Shown here: piece after piece, positions 1 through 15,106 of the stretch | Position numbering within the stretch: position 1 is the stretch's first letter | Layout: the number at the start of each line of letters is the position of its first letter | NCBI GenBank assembly: GCA_964035545.1 | Contig: OZ037770.1 | Location: 15,985,456-16,049,455, forward strand | Reading direction: 5' to 3' | Length of the DNA stretch: 64,000 nt | Origin: Bugula neritina | Taxonomy: Eukaryota; Animalia; Bryozoa | The notes under the pieces: model-generated | Database searches by the model: none | Told to the model about the DNA's origin: nothing | The model's input: the letters and a program-made list of their open reading frames with translations, nothing else | Made by a program: the position numbers and the translations under genes

Positions 1-155
1 GCGTAGAGAGTGTAGAGAAACTATACAGCGTAGAGAGTGTAGAGAAACTATACAGCGTAGAGAGTGTAGAGAAACTATACAGCGTAGAGAGTGTAGAGAA
101 ACTATACAGCGTAGAGAGTGTAGAGAAACTATACAGCGTAGAGAGTGTAGAGAAA
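1..155. repeat. 27-bp minisatellite
   Basis: GCGTAGAGAGTGTAGAGAAACTATACA, about 5.7 copies, truncated by the window start. Confidence 0.95.
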
Positions 156-514
156 AGCATAAAATAGTTTACAGACCATTTCGCTGTAACAAGACTCTAA
201 CTTCCTAACAGAATGTGTTCATTCAGGCTATATACTAGTATATACTATACTATACACCAGTATATACTATACTATACACTAGTATATACTATACTATACA
301 TTAGTATATACTATACTATACACTACTATATACTATACTATACATTAGTATATACTATACTATATACTAGTATAGTATAGTATATACTAGTATATATTCA
401 TGTAGTATATTTAGGACTAGAAGAGGATAGCATATACATGTAAACCAGGAAGAGAGAAGGAAACAGTCAATAATGAATCATCCAGAGAAAAGTAAAGCAT
501 GAGTGTGTCAGTAA

Positions 515-1150
515 ATAGGTGTATTCTGTAGACAGGTGTGTTCTGTAGACAGGTGTGTTCTGTAGACAAGTGTATTTTGTAGACAGGTGTATTCTGTAGA
601 GAGGTGTATTCTGTAGACAGGTGTGTTCTGTAGACAGGTGTGTTCTGTAGACAAGTGTATTTTGTAGACAGGTGTATTCTGTAGAGGGGTGTATTCTGTA
701 GACAGGTGTGTTCTGTAGACAGGTGTGTTCTGTAGACAAGTGTATTTTGTAGACAGGTGTATTCTGTAGAGAGGTGTATTCTGTAGACAGGTGTATTCTG
801 TAGACAGGTGTATTCTGTAGACAGGTAGGTTCTGTAGACAGGTGTGTTCTGTAGACAGGTGTATTCTGTAGAGAGGTGTGTTCTGTAGACAGGTAGGTTC
901 TGTAGACAGGTATGTTCTGTAGACAGGTGTGTTCTGTAGACAGGTGTGTTCTGTAGAGAGGTGTGTTCTGTAGACAGGTGTGTTCTGTAGACAGGTAGGT
1001 TCTGTAGACAGGTGTGTTCTGTAGAGAGGTGTGTTCTGTAGACAGGTAGGTTCTGTAGACAGGTGAGGTAGACAGGTGTATTCTGTAGACAGGTGTGTTC
1101 TGTAGACAGGTAGGTTCTGTAGACAGGTGTATTCTGTAGACAGGTGAGGT
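515..1150. repeat. 17-bp minisatellite downstream of the CD225 stop codon
   Basis: TTCTGTAGACAGGTGT(G/A), about 37 copies. Confidence 0.95.
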
Positions 1151-1177
1151 AGAGTGTCATAAGTTGCTGCCAGGCTG

Positions 1178-2927
1178 TCACACACTGCTGCCAGGTGCGT
1201 ATTTATTGACATTGTAGTAAACAACAACCACAAACAATATAAAAAGTCCTGAGCATATTCCTAGGATGTTTAGTAGCTTCGAATACCAGGAGTACTTGGC
1301 GGCCATCTTCTCATCCCCTGCGAGCAATATACATACATATATATATATACTATATATAGTAACTGTATACTATATAAAGTAACTGTATACTATATATAGT
1401 AACTGTATACTATATATAGTAACTGTATACTATATATAGTAACTGTATACTATATATAGTAACTGTATACTATATATAGTATACAGTTACTATATATAGT
1501 AACTGTATACTATATATAGTAACTGTATACTATATATAGTAACTGTATACTATATAAAGTAACTGTATACTATATATAGTATACAGTTACTATATATAGT
1601 AACTGTATACTATATATAGTAACTGTATACTATATATAGTAACTGTATACTATATAAAGTAACTGTATACTATATATAGTAACTGTATACTATATAAAGT
1701 AACTGTATACTATATATAGTAACTGTATACTATATATAGTAACTGTATACTATATAAAGTAACTGTATACTATATATAGTAACTGTATACTATATATAGT
1801 AACTGTATACTATATATAGTAACTGTATACTATATATAGTAACTGTATACTATATATAGCAAATGCAGACTATTTAAATACTTTCACTCACCTTCATTTA
1901 GTGACTTCTTAGTGAGCAGGGAGAAGTAGAGGGCCCCAGCCCCTGCAAACACTCCACACAGGACCAGCGTAAATATGGACGTTTTGAAATGTGGAGAAAT
2001 TTTCACTTGGGTAGTTTGTTTGAGCTTGAAGATACTGGCATTGCTGCGTCCATTGACAGTCACATGACCATTAGCTGCCTGAAGACTCTTTGCTGACAGT
2101 GGGCGGGACTTCTTCGAGCCAGCTGCTCGCAGATTATCGGTGGAGTATGTTACTTTGTCAGCGATTCTAACTGTGTGCTTACTGGAGCCGGCGGAAGATG
2201 GCCGACTTCCTGCCTGGAACATGGAGGTGATGTGATCACTAGAGTTCTTGAGAATAGAAGGACTCTGAGCTTTAGTAAAATGAGCAGACTGGGAGGAAAT
2301 CACCTCTATAGTCTCGCACTCTTCGTCCAACCCTTGATTCTCAAAGGTCTGCAGAGAAGTAGAAGAAGCGCTTACTGGCCGCGCCAGCTGCCCTCTGGAC
2401 AGTTCTGAAGCTTTGCTCGAGCTTTTAACATCAATAGAAAGCTTTTGTTTGTGACTCTGAAATGCTGACTTAGCTGGTGAGATCCCAGAACTCTCTACCT
2501 TGTCTAATGGTATCCCAGAACCCTCTACCTTGTCTGGTGGTATCCCATAACTCTCTACCTTGTCTGGTGGTATCACAGAACTCTCTACCTTGTCTAATGG
2601 TATCACAGAACTCTCTACCTTGTCTGGTGGTATCCCATAACTCTCTACCTTGTCTGGTGGTATCCCATAACTCTCTACCTTGTCTGGTGGTATCACAGAA
2701 CCTCTTCCTGAGTCTTTGTCTGTCTCGTTATCAACAACCAAATTATTCTCAGCAATCTCAGACTTGTTTTGAAGGCGAAGAGACTTAGACTTTCTTTTGC
2801 TAGTTTTTGTTATTTCCAACTCAATGGGAGGAAGTCTCCCCGATGGTTTAGATAGTTTGTGATCGCCATTATTGTTGGTGAGGCGGCCATCTTGTATGTG
2901 ACTAGTCGAATGCTCTTCATTCTCCAT
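1178..2927 (-). CDS. CD225/dispanin (PRRT/IFITM/TRARG1-like) membrane protein, 2 coding exons, about 391 aa
   Basis: Exons 2927-1892 (donor G|GTGAGT) and 1317-1178 (acceptor CGCAG|) join in phase 1. The C-terminus reads SPHFKTSIFTLVLCGVFAGAGALYFSLLTKKSLNEGDEKMAAKYSWYSKLLNILGICSGLFILFVVVVYYN, i.e. two hydrophobic segments around a GD..A...S loop as in CD225. The long N-terminus is Ser-rich and probably disordered. A likely 5'UTR exon ends at 3141 (AG|GTAAGT). Confidence 0.85.
1349..1860. repeat. 20-bp intronic minisatellite with a palindromic core
   Basis: ACTATATATAGT-AACTGTAT, about 25 copies. Confidence 0.95.
2480..2705 (-). repeat. 30-bp coding repeat (10 aa, IPPDKVESYG-like, about 7 copies)
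   Basis: Visible in both the DNA and the translation. Confidence 0.9.
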
Positions 2928-3936
2928 CTTACCTGCACAGAGATTAGTTATATTATGTTTATATTATATAGTATGTGATGAATGATAGAATCATATTACT
3001 TACAGTAGTATGATAGATTATATTACTTACAGTAGTATGATAGATTATATTACTTACAGTAGTATGATAGATTATATTACTTACACTAGTATGATAGAAT
3101 TATATTACTTACACTAATATGGTAGAGTTATATTACTTACCTATCTGTTCCATTGTGTAAGTTGGACTTGCCTAGAGTTATGCTGTTGCTACATGGCAGG
3201 CAGCACCCAATGCTTGTGGCATAGTAGAAGTAATATTGATTGCAATTGTCAACGTTTCTATGTCATCAATAATATCAGTTCCAGGCTTTTACTTTCTACT
3301 CAATAATTCATACAAATAACAGCTACTCAATATTAATCTATTGTTCCTTCACTACTGCAAACAATTGATGAGGCAACTCCATGAATTATCTAGCAAACAA
3401 CTGCATATATTACTGCGTGTTTATCATATGACTGTGTGTTTATTTATTTTACTATTATATGTTTACTATATTACTATATGTTCATTATATTACTGTGTGT
3501 TTACTATATTACTATATGTTTATTATATTACTATACGTTTATTATATTAAATGCAAAGAGAGAGTGAAGGAATATAACTGTTGCCTGTGTACAAAAGAAA
3601 TCCTGCATAACGTCTTTCAGATTGGCATATATTTTATTCAGAACTCACAGTTTCTTAAAAGTATAAATTTCATAAACGGAAATTATGATAGAGTACATCA
3701 TTTGAAATTTAAATTGGAACATTAAAACTACAGTATAAAAGACTATGTGAATGTTAGGATGTATTTAGTATGAAAGACTATGTGAATGTTTGAATGTATT
3801 TAGTATAGAATGCTATGTGAATGTTTGAATGTGTTTTAATCCACCAACGCTTCGTTTCAATATGCAACAATAATGTTGAGGTGAAAAAATATTTTATGCT
3901 TGTTTTGCAGCAGCAGTAGCATGCTAGCAGTGACAG

Positions 3937-6900
3937 TTACACATGACAAGCTCGTGTTGTGAAATGCACAAAGTCGGCTCCCAAATCCACCGTCCAATCA
4001 ACTCGGTTGTAATAGTCGATGTCGTTGTTGAGTTGGCAGACAGACGTTGACCTCTGGTAATTTGCTGACCGACAGTTGGAGTTGGCAGCACATGCCTTTA
4101 TGCAGTTAGTTGCAGACTTCGTAGTCAAACTGAGAATTCGATGACTGCTGCCTAAGTCAGCGCCCTCTATCTGACAGAAGATGGCTTCCTGTTTGATCAG
4201 CTGGTCGGCCATCTTTTCTTCAGTCGGTACGAACGTCAGTGGGTCATCTACAAGCACCAGTTTACTACTCAGTACTACTACTGCTACTACTACCACTTCT
4301 ACCACTACTACTACACAGTACTACTACTACACAGCACTACTACAATGAATTATTAGCGAACCATCACAGGCAAACTCCTTAGTTGCCATGATAGCACTTC
4401 CTTCCTGGCTCAGCGTATCCCAGGAGAGAACATTGCCTCCATCTTTACAACCCATGGCCTTGACCTGCTCTTCAGACAGCTCAAAGTCCCACATGTTGAA
4501 TGCCGCGATCTTAGCCGTGATTATTTGTTGAATAGAGAGTGAATCCACTGGAGGAAAATCAACAGAAATTATAACTGCAGTTACTATAGCAACAGACAAT
4601 AGCACAGTTACTATAGCAACTGTTACTATAGCAGCAGGTAGCAGTACAGTTACTATACCAACAGGTAGCAGTACAGTTACTATAGCAGCAGGTAGCAGTG
4701 CAGTTACTATAGCAACAGGTAGCAGTACAGTTACTATAGCAACAGGTAGCAGTACAGTTACTATAGCAACAGGTAGCAGTACAGTTACTATAGCAACAGG
4801 TAGCAGTACAGTTACTATAGCAACAGGTAGCAGTACAGTTACTATAGCAACAGACAGTAGTACAGTTACTATAGCAACAGGTAGCAGTACAGTTACTATA
4901 GCAACAGACAGTAGTACAGTTACTATAGCAACAGGTAGCAGTACAGTTACTATAGCAACAGGTAGCAGTACAGTTACTATAGCAGCAGACAATAGTACAG
5001 TTACTATAGCAACAGACAATAGTACAGTTACTATAGCAGCAGGTAGCAGTACAGTTACTATAGCAACAGGTAGCAGTACAGTTACTATAGCAACAGACAG
5101 TAGTACAGTTACTATAGCAGCAGGTAGCAGTACAGTTACTATAGCAACAGACAGTAGTACAGTTACTATAGCAGCAGGTAGCAGTACAGTTACTATAGCA
5201 ACAGGTAGCAGTACAGTTACTATAGCAGCAGACAATAGTACAGTTACTATAGCAACAGACAATAGTACAGTTACTATAGCAGCAGGTAGCAGTACAGTTA
5301 CTATAGCAACAGGTAGCAGTACAGTTACTATAGCAACAGACAGTAGTACAGTTACTATAGCAGCAGGTAGCAGTACAGTTACTATAGCAACAGACAGTAG
5401 TACAGTTACTATAGCAGCAGGTAGCAGTACAGTTACTATAGCAACAGACAGTATTATGGTTACTATAGCAACAGACAGTATTATGGTTACTATAGCAACA
5501 GACAGTATTACGGTTACTATAGCAACAGGTAGTAGTACAGTTACTATAACAACAGGTAGCAGTACATCAAGTGACTTACACACAGCGTCTTGCTCCTGAA
5601 GCAAGACTAAGGAACCACCAGAATTAATAGACTGAGAGCCAGCATCAACTGAGCCGAAGAGCTCCATCACCCCCTCCGTATTCATATCAGCATACCACTG
5701 CAAAGATTTAATAGTTTAGACAAACACGGAGCTCTGACTCACCATTCTATCTAGTATTGGCTAAATGCTGTTTGTGAAAAGAGAAAGTTTATTCAAAATC
5801 AAAATATATTCAATTCACTTTCAAGTTTTAACCTGATCTGCAGTAAACAAATAATGTGTAAATAAAGTTGTAGTGAAAGGAATTGGAATATGGGAGTCAC
5901 GCTCACCTGAAGTCTTCCATTCACTTTCCAGGTAAGGCAGTGCTTGTGCCAGCCCAGGAAGAGGAGATCTAAGTCAGACGTCAGGTTAGTGAGAGGAGGT
6001 AACTCCTGGTCTTGTATATGCAGAGTGAGTCCATCCCATCGCAGCTTCATCTCATTGTCATTAGCTATAGGTATTGTTATATACATGTGATACACCGTAT
6101 AGTAATATTATATACATGTGATACACCGTATAGTAATATTATATACATGTGATACACCGTATAGTAATATTATATAGTATATAGTATACAGTGTATAGTA
6201 ATATTATATAGTATACAGTGTATAGTAATATTATATAGTATATAGTATACACTGTACAGTAGTATTATATAGTATATAGTATACACTGTATAGTAATATT
6301 ATATAGTATATAGTATACACTGTACAGTAGTATTATATAGTATATAGTATACACTGTACAGTAATATTATATAGTATATAGTATACAGTGTATAGTAATA
6401 TTATATAGTATATAGTATACAGTGTACAGTAGTATTATATAGTATATAGTATACACTGTACAGTAGTGTTATATAGTATATAGTATACACTGTATAGTAG
6501 TGTCATATAGTATATAGTATACACTGTACAGTAGTGTTATATAGTATATAGTATACACTGTATAGTAGTGTCATATAGTGACAGACTGACCTGCAGTGGC
6601 CAGACTAAACAGATACCCCTCAGCTCGGTTGTCGTCTGCTTCTGTATAAAGTCGGAAGCAGACGGAGAATGCCGAGAGATCAGGAAGTCCTGTTGCGTAC
6701 AGGTATGACTCATTGGTCGCAGTCTGCTCAAACACGGCCAGCTCTGCTGCAGCTGAAATATAACAGAGTATGCTAATACGATATAACAGAGTATACTAAT
6801 ACGATATAACAGAGTATACTAATATGATATAACAGAGTATGCTAATATGATATAACAGAGTATGCTAATATGATATAACAGAGTATGCTAATACGATATA

Positions 6901-7879
6901 ACAGAGTATACTAATATGATATAACAGAGTATGCTAATATGATATAACAGAGTATACTAATATGATATAACAGAGTATACTAATATGATATAACAGAGTA
7001 TACTAATATGATATAACAGAGTATACTAGTATGATATAACAGAGTATACTAATATGATATAACAGAGTATACTAATATGATATAACAGAGTATACTAATA
7101 TGATATAACAGAGTATACTAGTATGATATAACAGAGTATAATAATATGATATAACAGAGTATGCTAATATGATATAACAGAGTATACTAATATGATATAA
7201 CAGAGTATACTAGTATGATATAACAGAGTATAATAATATGATATAACAGAGTATGCTAATATGATATAACAGAGTATACTAATATGATATAACAGAGTAT
7301 AATAATATGATATAACAGAGTATACTAATATGATATAACAGAGTATACTAATATGATATAACAGAGTATACTAATATGATATAACAGAGTATACTAATAT
7401 GATATAACAGAGTATAATAATATGATATAACAGAGTATGCTAATATGATATAACAGAGTATACTAATATGATATAACAGAGTATACTAATATGATATAAC
7501 AGAGTATACTAATATGATATAACAGAGTATACTAATATGATATAACAGAGTATACTAATATGATATAACAGAGTATAATAATATGATATAACAGAGTATA
7601 CTAATATGATATAACAGAGTATACTAATATGATATAACAGAGTATACTAATATGATATAACAGAGTATACTAATATGATATAACAGAGTATACTAATATG
7701 ATATAACAGAGTATGCTAATATGATATAACAGAGTATAATAATATGATATAACAGAGTATACTAATATGATATAACAGAGTATGCTATGATATACACTGA
7801 TAAAGATGGGGTAAGACTTACATGTAAAGTAGATAAAGCATGAAATTGCTAATAAAATAGTTACAGTAAATCTCTCCAT
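3937..7879 (-). CDS. Secreted pentraxin-domain + C-terminal PAN/apple-domain protein, 6 exons, about 330 aa
   Basis: Exons 7879-7822, 6752-6591, 6064-5907, 5697-5580, 4547-4362 and 4247-3937 are all GT-AG and phase-compatible. Signal peptide MERFTVTILLAISCFIYFTSA. Pentraxin motifs: LSAFSVCFRLYT, YLFSLATAANDNE, WHKHCLTW, GGSLVLLQEQD, FNMWDFELS, GNVLSW. PAN motif: CIKACAANSNCRSANY....CQLN. Confidence 0.88.
4575..5565. repeat. 27-bp intronic minisatellite
   Basis: CAGTTACTATAGCAACAGGTAGCAGTA, about 36 copies. Confidence 0.95.
6078..6578. repeat. About 30-34-bp AT-rich intronic minisatellite
   Basis: ATAGTATATAGTATACACTGTACAGTAGTATTAT and variants. Confidence 0.9.
6757..7792. repeat. 23-bp intronic minisatellite
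   Basis: TAATATGATATAACAGAGTATAC, about 45 copies. Confidence 0.95.
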
Positions 7880-8619
7880 TTTACTCAAGTGTAGACGGCT
7901 GAAGGAAGGCTTGCCAGCTGTGAAGTTCACCTGTAGAATGATGACCCCAGTCAGTCAATACTGGGAGAATGAGGAATATCCAATATTCAATAACCAATGA
8001 TTAGGGGGGAAGGTAGTTTATTATCTACATTGTCTTGCAATGCATTGTTTCCATCACGGTGTGTTTATTCTAAACAAAGATAATTTGTTGATGAACATTC
8101 TAAGAAAAAGAATCGATGATTGGTGATTTTGTTATTGTTACAGATATTGAAACACTTGTCAAGGTTTAGTCAGGTGACATAACTGAATATATATATACAG
8201 CATACACAACAGTGTACTATGTATATATACAGTATACACTACAGCACACTATGTATATATACAGTATACACTACAGTGTACTATGTATATATACACAGTA
8301 TACACTACAGCACACTATGTATATATACAGTATACACTACAGTGTACTATGTATATATACACAGTATACACAACAGTGTAGTATGTGTATATATACAGTA
8401 CGCACTACAGTATAGTATGTGTATTATACACAGTACGCACTACAGTGTACTGTGTATAGATGTAGATCATATTATATACTGTACTATCAACAAATCCGAG
8501 AGTAGATATTTCTGTATTATAAAATATATTTATAATAAAGTCACAATATAAAAACCAGGCTTACAGAAACTAATAAATGTACTTTACAGCAAAAAAAGGC
8601 TGTACAATATGAGATATAG

Positions 8620-8826
8620 TTGTGGTTCTACTCCGTGTAGCTGTGGTTCTACTCTGTGTAGCTGTGGTTCTACTCCGCGTAGCTGTGGTTCTACTCCGCG
8701 TAGCTGTGGTTCTACTCTGTGTAGCAGAAGTTCTACTCCGTGTAGCTGTGGTTCTACTCCGCGTAGCTGTGGTTCTACTCCGTGTAGCTGTGGTTCTACT
8801 CCGTGTAGCTGAGGTTCTACTCCGTA
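8620..8826. repeat. 21-bp minisatellite overlapping the stop codon/3'UTR
   Basis: TTCTACTCCGTGTAGCTGTGG, about 10 copies. Confidence 0.9.
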
Positions 8827-10572
8827 GACTGAGTAACATGCTGCTGAGTAGATAGGAAGTCATTGTAGGTAGGTAAGGGGGACACGGCGTGCATATTCCG
8901 TGTTTGAGTCACTTTCTACCGACAAACAGTAGAAATACAGAATAGAAACTCATACTAGGTGAAGATCAATATGCATTGTGCTACAATACACATCATATTA
9001 GCATATATTGTGCTATGGTATCCATGGTATTGTAATGATGTCAAGATACACACTTTCTTCTGAGTGCTGACTCTATCATAAGAAGGTGGAGGTCCAGAGT
9101 CAACAGCTGCCTCCCTGAAACAGATTATACTATACTATAGCACACTGTACTATAGCACACTGTACAATAGCATACTATACTATAGCACACTGTACTATAG
9201 CACACTGTACAATAGCACACTATACTATAGCACACTATGCTATAGCACACTATACTATAGTACAGTGTGCTATAGTACAGTGTGCTATAGTACAGTGTGC
9301 TATAACACACCATACTATAGCACACTATACTATAGCACACTGTACTATACTAACTGAATATATGTTAATATACTAAAGTTTTGGTTACGTAGAATTTGAC
9401 AATTGTAGCCTGAGATTGATAAATATTTCACCAAGACTCACTGCGGGGCGTTTCCTCCGAGCCCTGAACGAAGAGCTGCAGAGGAGCAGAGGAAAGGAGT
9501 GCTAACTGCAGTGGAGTAGAGAGGAAACACAGGACCCAGTCCAGACCTGCCAGTGGAGTTGTCCACCCAAGAGTTGTCCAGTGTAACCCCAGAGGATCTG
9601 TGTTGGGTAATGTGAAACTCTGTAATATATATGTGATATACTGTAATATATACGATATAATGTAATGTATATGATATACCGTAATATATGTACGATATAA
9701 TATAATATATACGATATAATGTAATATATACGATATAATATAATATATACAATATAATGTAATATATACGATATAATGTAATATATACGATATAATATAT
9801 TATATACGATATACTGTAATATATACGATATAACGTAATATATACGATATAATATAATATATACGATATAATATAATATATACGATATAATGTAATATAT
9901 ACGATATAATATAATATATACGATATAATGTAATATATACGATATAATATAATATATACAATATAATGTAATATATACGATATAATGTAATATATACGAT
10001 ATAATATATTATATACGATATACTGTAATATATACGATATAACGTAATATATACGATATAATATAATATATAGGATATAATGCAATATATACGATATAAT
10101 ATAATATATACGATATACTGTAATATATACGATATAATGTAATATATACGATATAATATAATATATACGATATAATGTAATATATACGATATAATATAAT
10201 ATATACAATATAATGTAATATATACGATATAATGTAATATATACGATATAATATAATATATACGATATAATATAATATATACGATATACTGTAATATATA
10301 CGATATAATGTAATATATACGATGTACTGTATTACCTGGAGATGATGATTTGCAACAGACGGTACAGCAACGCATATAATAACATGTAATGATAACTCCA
10401 ACAATGATGATAATTCCAGTCACTACAGCAACTATGATGGCTTCAGTGAGAGTTAATGGAGTACCTAAAGAGTATAAAAAGACACTAGTAATAAAAGCTA
10501 CACATTTCTTCCTGTCACTGTAAGTTCATTATGATCATGAATCAGATGATACCTACTTAAAATAACTGCCAT
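8817..10572 (-). CDS. Single-pass membrane protein with juxtamembrane Cys cluster and PPSY/LPTY motifs (WBP1/VOPP1/Shisa-like architecture), about 160 aa; first exon tentative
   Basis: Exons 10464-10336 (TM AIIVAVVTGIIIIVGVIITCYYMRCCTVCC), 9619-9442, 9114-9054 (GPPPSYD) and 8915-8817 (PLPTYND) join in phases 1, 2, 0. The start exon 10572-10557 (MAVIL) is only the nearest phase-compatible option. Confidence 0.7.
9620..10325. repeat. About 19-21-bp intronic minisatellite
   Basis: TAATATATACGATATAATG and variants. Confidence 0.9.
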
Positions 10573-11318
10573 TTCACTGTCATGTCATCTTAGAGCAGCA
10601 CTTAGGATGTAGCCAAAGATGTCTCACAGTATTATACAATGTTGTTTACAAATATTGGTTGGATAACTCCATTTCCTGTCTCAGAGAACAACATGAAACA
10701 CAGAATTACTGATCTACACAAATGCTAATCTTAAACATAACCAGCCACCCAACACTAACTGGGTGTATATTACTAAAATAAACAGCCAACATAAAAACAG
10801 TAGAAAATGTTTCCTTATACCTATAGGAAATGCTAGTTTTATAAGACTTCAATAAGTTACAGAGATTAGATGATTCATGATTGCCTGAAAGTGAGATTGA
10901 ATTAAAATTTGAAACTGAAGCTGAAGGTGAATTATATTCATATTGATTGAATTTGATTTTAAAACTACAACTACAAGCGCAATACTAATAAAAGTAATAG
11001 TAATACTAATAGTAATACTTATAGTTATTAATTAGTTATTCTAATTGAGTAATTCTATAACTTATAGTTATAGTTATAAGTTAACGCCATATTAATATAA
11101 TAATAATAATAGTAATTAATAGTAATACTAATACAAATACTAATACTAATAGTAATAAGTAATAGTAATATCAAAACAGTCCGGACTAACAAAGAATAAA
11201 CTAAAGCTTAGGTAGTTGCTGACTTCAATCAGCTATTAGATTTAGTATGAGTATAGCTAAACTATAAGTATATTGATATTCATTATGATTATTATATTTA
11301 GTCGACTCTAGAATATCC

Positions 11319-13175
<1,857 letters not shown>

Positions 13176-14334
13176 GAATATCCGGAAACAGGGTAACGAT
13201 CATGATTGGATCCGTCACTATATATGAGCAGTAGCTTTGTCACAGTCAACGGGGTAGAGGGCCGTATACAAGGTAACACGCTCTCGGTGTAGAAAGCAAG
13301 AAAATGAGCTCCAGTTTCAAGAGTAGTAGTTCTAGTTGTTAACCTCAATTTGTTATAATATTTCACTGCAGCTTGCCTCTCGCCTCCTCTTGCTTTTGAC
13401 TACGTTCGCTAATTCTAAGAATAAGATTAACTGTGAGTTAAAATAAAACTATAGATCTAAAAGCTAAAACAATATCAAAATGTATAACTGTAATTTACAG
13501 TTTAAATTTGAGAGTAAGATTGTACTTTGTAACGCTAACACTGTCAGATTTAATAACATTAACAATAACTCGGTAAGTGTAACTCAACCGAAATGCTAAG
13601 AGTAAGTACAACTGTTCTAGTTTATGATAGGCTGCACTGTGACTCAGACTGTGACATTGAGCTTGACTGTAGGCTTAGACTTACTCTTACTCTTAGACAG
13701 TTACTTTTTGAATTTGCTGTTAAATACCCTAACTTATAACTTATAACTTATAGTTATAAGTATAATATTTAATTTTATATGCCAGCATAATAATAATCAT
13801 AATGAATCATAATGATAATTATAGTTGTTAGATGTACTTACCTGTATTTACCTGTATTCCACTCTTCCTGACATGAAAGAGTGAGCTAAGGGGAGAAAGC
13901 CAGTGACTTATTTAACCCCAATAAATATAATCATAATGTAGCATGCGAATGTGTTCCTAATAGAGTTTTAAAAGCAAGTACAGAGTTAGCATCAATTGCT
14001 GCCTGGGGAAGTGCGTGCCAAACATCAATTACCTTTTAGGAGAAAAAAATGTTTTCTAACAGTTTAGTTCTTACATGCTGTTTATGGATCTTTAGTGAGT
14101 AACCTCTAGTATGTGTAACATTTGACAATGTGAAAAATTTTGCAGAATCAACTAAGTCATATCCTTTTATTATCTTAAAAGTTTGTATAAGGTCACATCA
14201 AATCTTTCTAAATTCTAAGGTATCCAGTTTAAGTCTTCTCCTACGTAGATTATAGGCGCCCTCCTTATTTGTTGACACTAATTTTGTAAATCTTCTCTGA
14301 ACTCTTTCAATAAGCTTGATGTGATAGTCTTAGT

Positions 14335-14540
14335 GACCACCACTATCACTATCACTATGACTATCACTATGACTATGACTATCACTATCGCTATGACTAT
14401 GACTATCACTATCACTACCACTATCACTATGACTATGACTATGACTATCACTATGACTATGACTATGACTATGGCTATGACTATGACTATCACTATCACT
14501 ATGACTATCACTATGACTATCACTATGACTATGACTATGA
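14335..14540. repeat. Hexamer microsatellite (ACTATG/ACTATC)
   Basis: Direct reading. A degenerate relative lies at 19360-19610. Confidence 0.9.
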
Positions 14541-14739
14541 CGGTGTGCATGATTACTGACTATATATAATAGTAATAGTAATGATAACACTTTTAATTAA
14601 AATGATACTTATAATTATAGTTATACTAAAGCCAAGGTTATTTTAAGTTACACTAAAACTTATACTATCAGTTAAAATTCAAATTGTATGTTATAGTTAT
14701 CAATTTTTATGGAAATTTTATAGAAACAAATTTGAAACA

Positions 14740-15100
14740 TTACTATACTGAGTGACATCACTATTACTATATACTGTTAGTATTCCAGTAATAGAGTACT
14801 GAGTGACATCACTATTACTATAATATACTATTAGTATTCCAGTAGTAGAGTACTGAGTGACATCACTATTACTATATACTATTAGTATTCCAGTAGTAGA
14901 GTACTGAGTGACATCACTATTACTATAATATACTATTAGTATTCCAGTAGTAGAGTACTGAGTGATATCACTATTACTATATACTATCAGTATTCTAGTA
15001 CTAGAGTACTGAGTGACATCACTATTACTATATACTATCAGTATTCCAGTAGCAGAATACTGAGTGACATCACTATTACTATATACTATTAGTATTCCAG
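14740..15100. repeat. 51-bp minisatellite, about 7 copies
   Basis: CTGAGTGACATCACTATTACTATATACTATTAGTATTCCAGTAGTAGAGTA. Confidence 0.9.
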
Positions 15101-15106
15101 TATTAA

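Noticed and set aside
417-1233. ORFs of 254, 241 and 90 aa (CLQNTPVYRTHLSTE repeats)
   Set aside because: These are translations of the 17-bp minisatellite, open in several frames and lying downstream of the real stop at 1178.
4327-5703. 458-aa poly-hydrophobic ORF as a standalone protein
   Set aside because: It consists of two pentraxin exons bridged by a minisatellite intron with canonical splice sites.
9438-10423. Tyr/Ile-rich ORFs
   Set aside because: AT-rich intronic repeat; only the terminal parts are real exons.
10553-10713. Exon-like block readable only through four TAA codons (alternative genetic code?)
   Set aside because: Other genes here terminate at TAA, TAG and TGA and contain no internal stops; it is more likely 5'UTR or decayed sequence.
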